Below, piece after piece: positions 26,308 through 29,972 of a DNA stretch of 29,972 bases. How positions within the stretch are numbered: position 1 is the first letter of the stretch; the number at the start of each line of letters is the position of its first letter. The notes below the pieces were generated by a model. The model did not search any database and was not told the DNA's origin. It saw only the letters and a list, made by a program, of their open reading frames with translations. The stretch is taken from IMG/VR virus record IMGVR_UViG_3300003277_000033, positions 1-29,972 of that record; one strand, 5' to 3'. Origin of the DNA: a virus (taxonomy: Duplodnaviria > Caudoviricetes). A program made the translations under genes and the position numbers.

Positions 26308-28029
26308 TTAACCATCACAAGATAAACAACCCTCATCCATAGCTTTAGCCGCTATATCTCCACGTAGGACAGATTCAGTCCTCATATAATATAAAGTCTT
26401 AACTCCTTTTTTCCACGCATCCATGTGCACTTTATTGAGCCACTTAGGGGTTGCTTCACTTGGAAAAGCTAAATTCAAACTAACTGCTTGGTCAATATAC
26501 TGCTGTCTCAAGCCTGCCTGATTAACTAATTCTAATTGATTGATTTCTTTAAACGTTCTAAAAACATCTTTAGCCGGAACTTCGTGAGCACAGAATATAT
26601 TCTCAAGTTCATCAATACCCTGTACCGATCCTCCGTCTGCCAAAATCTTATTCCAAATTTCATCTGTATTTAATTTATGTTTCTTTAATAACTTAACTAA
26701 CGTAGGGTTTTTTCTAATGAATGTTCCTTTTGCGCTTTGTTCAGTGAAAACGTTTGCAGCCCACGGTTCAATCCCCGCTGACACGTTTCCAGAAAGCTTG
26801 CTATTACTAACAGTAGGAGCAAGGGCACGCAAGTGAGTGTTGCGCATACCAGTACCAACACACCATAAAGGCTCACCATAAACCTCAGCAAGAACACGAC
26901 TGGCACGTTCGCTTTCAATTTTGATTTGACTAAATATTTTTCTAGTTTCGTATTGCGCGAGCAAGCCTTCGAACGGCAGTCCTTTTTCTTGCAGGTATGT
27001 ATGCCAGCCAAGCACTCCGAGGCCAAGTGCTCTTCCCTTAGTTGCTGACCTAATTGAATTTTCAAATCCACGTAATCCTTTTGCTCTTTGTATAAACTCC
27101 TCCATGACTCCATCAAGAAACCATACTGAGTCATAAATGAGGTTAGTGTCTTTCCACTCTTCATATTTTGCTAAATTTAATGACGATAGACAACACACAA
27201 AACTGTGCGTCTCGTCTGTATGTAATGTTATTTCACTACATATATTAGTCATGTGAACTTTTAAACCGTTGGTTTTATATGCTTGCGGATTTGCCTTATT
27301 AACATTCCCTTTAAACATGATGTACGGCTCTCCAGTCGCTTTTCGCTTTCTAAGAAGTTTACTCCATCTATCTCTAGCTTTAGCATCTCCTTGTTCAAGC
27401 TTTCGCATAAATTTGTCACCAACAACTGCACATTGATGTAGATTAAGTGATTGTCTATTGACATCTCCTTTGGGTTCGCGGATTTCAAGCCATTCCTCAA
27501 AATCAGGGTGTTCAATGTTGATGTTAACTGATGCTGCTCCTCTTCTAACAGAACCTTGATTTGTCGCAAGGATTGTTGAATCATAGATTTTACAAAATGG
27601 CACGACTCCGTCTGATGTTCCATTACCTGTTATTTTAGCGCCAGCGGGTCTAATTTGATTAATACCGACACCAACTCCACCGCCGTGCTTAGCGAGTAGC
27701 ATCATCTCTAAATTTTTAGTACCAATATCTTGAATACTATCTGCAACATCAATTCCAAAACAACTAATAGGCAATCCTCGATCTGTGCCTGTATTAGACA
27801 ACACTGGAGAGGCTAAACATAGCCAACCATTCCAAATGTATTCAAAAAACTTTTCAGCTAGTTCTGGTTTGTATAAACGCCTCGCTACTGTTTTAGCAAC
27901 CCGCAAATAAGCATCTGCGGGCGATTCATCAAATATTAAGTAACCTCCTGTTATTGTTTTCTTGTATACATCTGTATCACCCCATGCGGGATAATCTATA
28001 CCTTTAACCCACTCATTATTCCACATCAA
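26308..28029 (-). CDS. nrdA: Class I ribonucleotide reductase alpha subunit (compact, no ATP cone; NrdAi/class Id-like)
   Basis: PISCF, TNICSEI (N-C-E active site), FVCCLSSLN, RALGLGVLG, APTVS, TLYYMR (radical-transfer Tyr pair) and C-terminal CLSC are present. The protein is only 573 aa. Confidence 0.95.
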   Translation of the reverse strand: MMWNNEWVKGIDYPAWGDTDVYKKTITGGYLIFDESPADAYLRVAKTVARRLYKPELAEKFFEYIWNGWLCLASPVLSNTGTDRGLPISCFGIDVADSIQDIGTKNLEMMLLAKHGGGVGVGINQIRPAGAKITGNGTSDGVVPFCKIYDSTILATNQGSVRRGAASVNINIEHPDFEEWLEIREPKGDVNRQSLNLHQCAVVGDKFMRKLEQGDAKARDRWSKLLRKRKATGEPYIMFKGNVNKANPQAYKTNGLKVHMTNICSEITLHTDETHSFVCCLSSLNLAKYEEWKDTNLIYDSVWFLDGVMEEFIQRAKGLRGFENSIRSATKGRALGLGVLGWHTYLQEKGLPFEGLLAQYETRKIFSQIKIESERASRVLAEVYGEPLWCVGTGMRNTHLRALAPTVSNSKLSGNVSAGIEPWAANVFTEQSAKGTFIRKNPTLVKLLKKHKLNTDEIWNKILADGGSVQGIDELENIFCAHEVPAKDVFRTFKEINQLELVNQAGLRQQYIDQAVSLNLAFPSEATPKWLNKVHMDAWKKGVKTLYYMRTESVLRGDIAAKAMDEGCLSCDG

Positions 28030-28234
28030 GTTCTAGTTTTTTTTCGTCTGATTTAGCAATCACATCTGCTTTTAGTTTTTCTATTGCTTCGTTATATCCA
28101 GGCATGGTTTTTAAAGCTTCTAACGTGCCAATTGATAAGTCTCTTAAGTTTGTTAATTCATTTATAACTTGCCGCATTACTCTTGACAAAGCTTCAACTT
28201 TGTTTTTCATTTCTACTAATGACTGTTCTTTCAT
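28016..28234 (-). CDS. Small coiled-coil hypothetical protein (72 aa) between nrdB and nrdA
   Basis: Fills the nrdB-nrdA gap, has an A-rich leader, overlaps the nrdA start by 14 nt and shows a heptad-like pattern. Confidence 0.7.
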   Translation of the reverse strand: MKEQSLVEMKNKVEALSRVMRQVINELTNLRDLSIGTLEALKTMPGYNEAIEKLKADVIAKSDEKKLELDVE

Positions 28235-28249
28235 TTTATTATTTTTTAA

Positions 28250-29218
28250 TTACCAAATATTTTCATAATCTTCTCCTTCGCCAGCTTTACTGTAATCTGT
28301 AGATCTTATTGCAAAGAAATCCGTATGCGTATGTCCGCCAGTTAAATGGTAAAACCAATCTAAATTTGCTGCAGCATCTTTGTCATAAGCAAAATGATCT
28401 TTTAATTCAACGTAACCAAGCTCCATCAACTTCTCATTTGTACGTTTCTTAATGAAATGTTTTAAGTCTATTGCTTTAATACCCTCAATATCACCCATCT
28501 CAAACATCTTGTCGATATAAGCAACTTCTAGTTCTATCATCGTATTAGCGGCTACTATTATATCTTTTTTGCATAAGTGTAATAATTGTGTGTTTTCTCT
28601 GCACATATCGCGAAATAACTTACAACCCATTTTACTGTGTAATGATTCGTCACGCACGCTCCACTTCATTTGTTGTCCGATGCCTTTTAATAAATTCCGC
28701 ATTTGAAAAGAATATAATACAGCAAAAGCAGAATAAAGACTAACCCCTTCAGCAAAGGCACTAAACACAGCAAGAGACTTAGCAATCCCAGCGTGAGAGT
28801 TACCTTCATATCCAACCAAGTTGTTAAACCTTTCAGCCGTAGCAGGTTCATGTAAAAAAGCTTTGTAATCTTCAAGTCCAAGTGTTTCATTTAAGTAGCT
28901 ATAAGCAACAGCGTGAATAGTTTCTTGTGATCCAAACATCATAGCCATTTGTTGTATTTCGTGTTTAGGAAACCAACTAACAACTTTTTGTGTCCAATAA
29001 TCTGAAACTGCGCATTCTGTTTGAGCAAAACCTAGTAGAATATTGCCTACCAGGTTCTTTTCTTTTTCATTTAATTTTTCATTCCAATCTTTTAAATCTC
29101 CTGACATACTTATTTCAGTATGCAACCAAAAAGCCTGCGCTTGTTTGAGCCACCCTTCCGTGTAATAGTCGGGATATTCAAATGGTTTGTATTCTAATCT
29201 CTTATCAAATAATCCCAT
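28250..29218 (-). CDS. nrdB: Class I ribonucleotide reductase beta subunit
   Basis: FWLHTEI, metal ligands E68, E99-x-x-H102, EGVSLY, DESLH; Tyr106; C-terminal DFFAIRSTDYSK. Confidence 0.95.
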   Translation of the reverse strand: MGLFDKRLEYKPFEYPDYYTEGWLKQAQAFWLHTEISMSGDLKDWNEKLNEKEKNLVGNILLGFAQTECAVSDYWTQKVVSWFPKHEIQQMAMMFGSQETIHAVAYSYLNETLGLEDYKAFLHEPATAERFNNLVGYEGNSHAGIAKSLAVFSAFAEGVSLYSAFAVLYSFQMRNLLKGIGQQMKWSVRDESLHSKMGCKLFRDMCRENTQLLHLCKKDIIVAANTMIELEVAYIDKMFEMGDIEGIKAIDLKHFIKKRTNEKLMELGYVELKDHFAYDKDAAANLDWFYHLTGGHTHTDFFAIRSTDYSKAGEGEDYENIW

Positions 29219-29224
29219 ATATTT

Positions 29225-29371
29225 TTATTTTTCTATTTCAAAAGCAATATCTATGAATGGTAAGTATAAAACATGCGTTGAATACGTCTCTTCTTCATAA
29301 GTTCTTATTCCAAATAGGACTCCCGGATAAAATCCAATTGTTAAACTCCAATATTTATCTTTTTTTTCCAT
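29225..29371 (-). CDS. Small hypothetical protein (48 aa), not in ORF track
   Basis: MEKKDKYWSLTIGFYPGVLFGIRTYEEETYSTHVLYLPFIDIAFEIEK*. It has an A-rich leader and ends 6 nt before the nrdB start. Confidence 0.7.
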   Translation of the reverse strand: MEKKDKYWSLTIGFYPGVLFGIRTYEEETYSTHVLYLPFIDIAFEIEK

Positions 29372-29381
29372 AATATTTTAT

Positions 29382-29549
29382 TTAATTATCTATTTTATAT
29401 TTTTCTCGCATTTTTAATATATCCTTATACTTAACTTTACCATTAACATTGAAAGACCACTTAACCCATTTATCAAATTGCCTTTCAGCGTAATTTTTCC
29501 CTGCTAACCTTCTCGATTCTGCAGGATTAACTGAACTGTCTTGTCGCAT
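29382..29549 (-). CDS. Small basic hypothetical protein (up to 55 aa), not in ORF track
   Basis: MRQDSSVNPAESRRLAGKNYAERQFDKWVKWSFNVNGKVKYKDILKMREKYKIDN*. It fills the gap but overlaps the endonuclease end by 46 nt, so the start is uncertain. Confidence 0.5.
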   Translation of the reverse strand: MRQDSSVNPAESRRLAGKNYAERQFDKWVKWSFNVNGKVKYKDILKMREKYKIDN

Positions 29550-29950
29550 TCTGGTTGATTTTGTGGTTTATATAATGTTCTTGTGTCATCGTTATCGTGC
29601 ATCCATTTCTTGAATAACTTCCATCGTAATGGGAAAGATTCGTTGGCCCTGCCTTTTGTTTCAATTATAAAGTCTCTGCCAATGAAGTCTGGTGTATATT
29701 TTAAGTTAAGTATTTTTTTGTCGCCACGGTCCTCAAAGCCTCCTTTACCATTGGATTGTCTCTCAAAGCTTTTGTTCGGAAATTGAAAACTAGGGACAAG
29801 TTCAAAAGTGTGTGATTCATATTGTGCTTTTATATCGTGTTCTTTTAATACTTTGTACATATACTTTTCAAGACCTGAAGCAAAGGTAATGCCGTCGTAC
29901 ATTACCTTTTTTGCTACTACAGGGCCTTTCTTTCTGCTAACCCTTTTCAT
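29504..29950 (-). CDS. PD-(D/E)xK endonuclease, T7 endonuclease I / Holliday-junction-resolvase-like
   Basis: FASGLE...YE...YTPDF...FIIETKG motifs. The ATG at 29950 (MKRVSRKK) is preferred over the TTG at 29965. Confidence 0.8.
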   Translation of the reverse strand: MKRVSRKKGPVVAKKVMYDGITFASGLEKYMYKVLKEHDIKAQYESHTFELVPSFQFPNKSFERQSNGKGGFEDRGDKKILNLKYTPDFIGRDFIIETKGRANESFPLRWKLFKKWMHDNDDTRTLYKPQNQPECDKTVQLILQNREG

Positions 29951-29972
29951 TAATTGCAATTGCAATTACGAG

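Larger units (their letters stand above)
1..29972. mobile_element. Tailed dsDNA bacteriophage genome segment (podovirus of Bacteroidetes, crAss-like/Cellulophaga-phage-like architecture)
   Basis: Dense co-oriented terminase-portal-scaffold-MCP-tail-ejection genes converge on an RNR/endonuclease block. There are no host housekeeping genes. Starts are preceded by A-rich leaders without SD motifs, typical of Bacteroidetes. Confidence 0.92.

Noticed and set aside
26697-28890. Alternative-frame ORFs (155, 120 and 67 aa) inside nrdA and nrdB
   Set aside because: They are fully nested in highly conserved enzymes and show no protein-like motifs.
26308-29218. Inteins or group I introns in the RNR genes (also checked for the terminase part)
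   Set aside because: The ORFs are uninterrupted and of compact length, with no intein splice-junction or homing endonuclease motifs.
29951-29968. Perfect 18-bp palindrome TAATTGCAATTGCAATTA just upstream of the endonuclease ATG
   Set aside because: It can be explained by repeated AAT-TGC codons at the end of an upstream minus-strand gene (...RNCNCN*, TAATG overlap). It is at the window edge, so context is missing.
1-29972. Stop-codon reassignment (TAG or TGA) as in some crAss-like phages
   Set aside because: All major genes are intact and tightly packed under the standard code, and TAG ends the MCP, giant-protein and endonuclease genes. The TAGs at 3822 and 3858 come with a lost ATG, which fits decay.
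1-29972. CRISPR arrays, tRNAs, integrase/att sites, diversity-generating retroelement
   Set aside because: Intergenic gaps are at most about 100 nt. I saw no repeat-spacer array, cloverleaf, recombinase or reverse transcriptase.

Overview
This is a bacteriophage genome segment, not bacterial chromosome. It is AT-rich and lacks Shine-Dalgarno motifs (A-rich leaders), which points to a podovirus of Bacteroidetes (Flavobacteriia-like) with a crAss-like / Cellulophaga-phage-like morphogenesis module. The + strand (1-26205) carries terminase large subunit (5'-truncated), portal, scaffold, major capsid protein, ring/adaptor proteins, a tail nozzle ('stabilization/muzzle') protein apparently split into two genes around a fibre/spike-like gene, a cupin, and three putative ejection proteins. 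The last of these is a 2827-aa polyvalent protein. Its motifs suggest a zincin metallopeptidase, a sigma-70 region-2-like segment, a HAD phosphatase with an ADP-ribosyltransferase-like domain nested inside it, and a GNAT-like module, separated by recurring x-F-S-K linkers. After a bidirectional terminator, the - strand carries a class I ribonucleotide reductase resembling the flavobacterial class Id clade, small ORFs and a PD-(D/E)xK endonuclease. A decayed small gene also appears hidden in the +1 frame of the scaffold gene. All family calls come from reading motifs and from memory of family consensus sequences; no database search was run.
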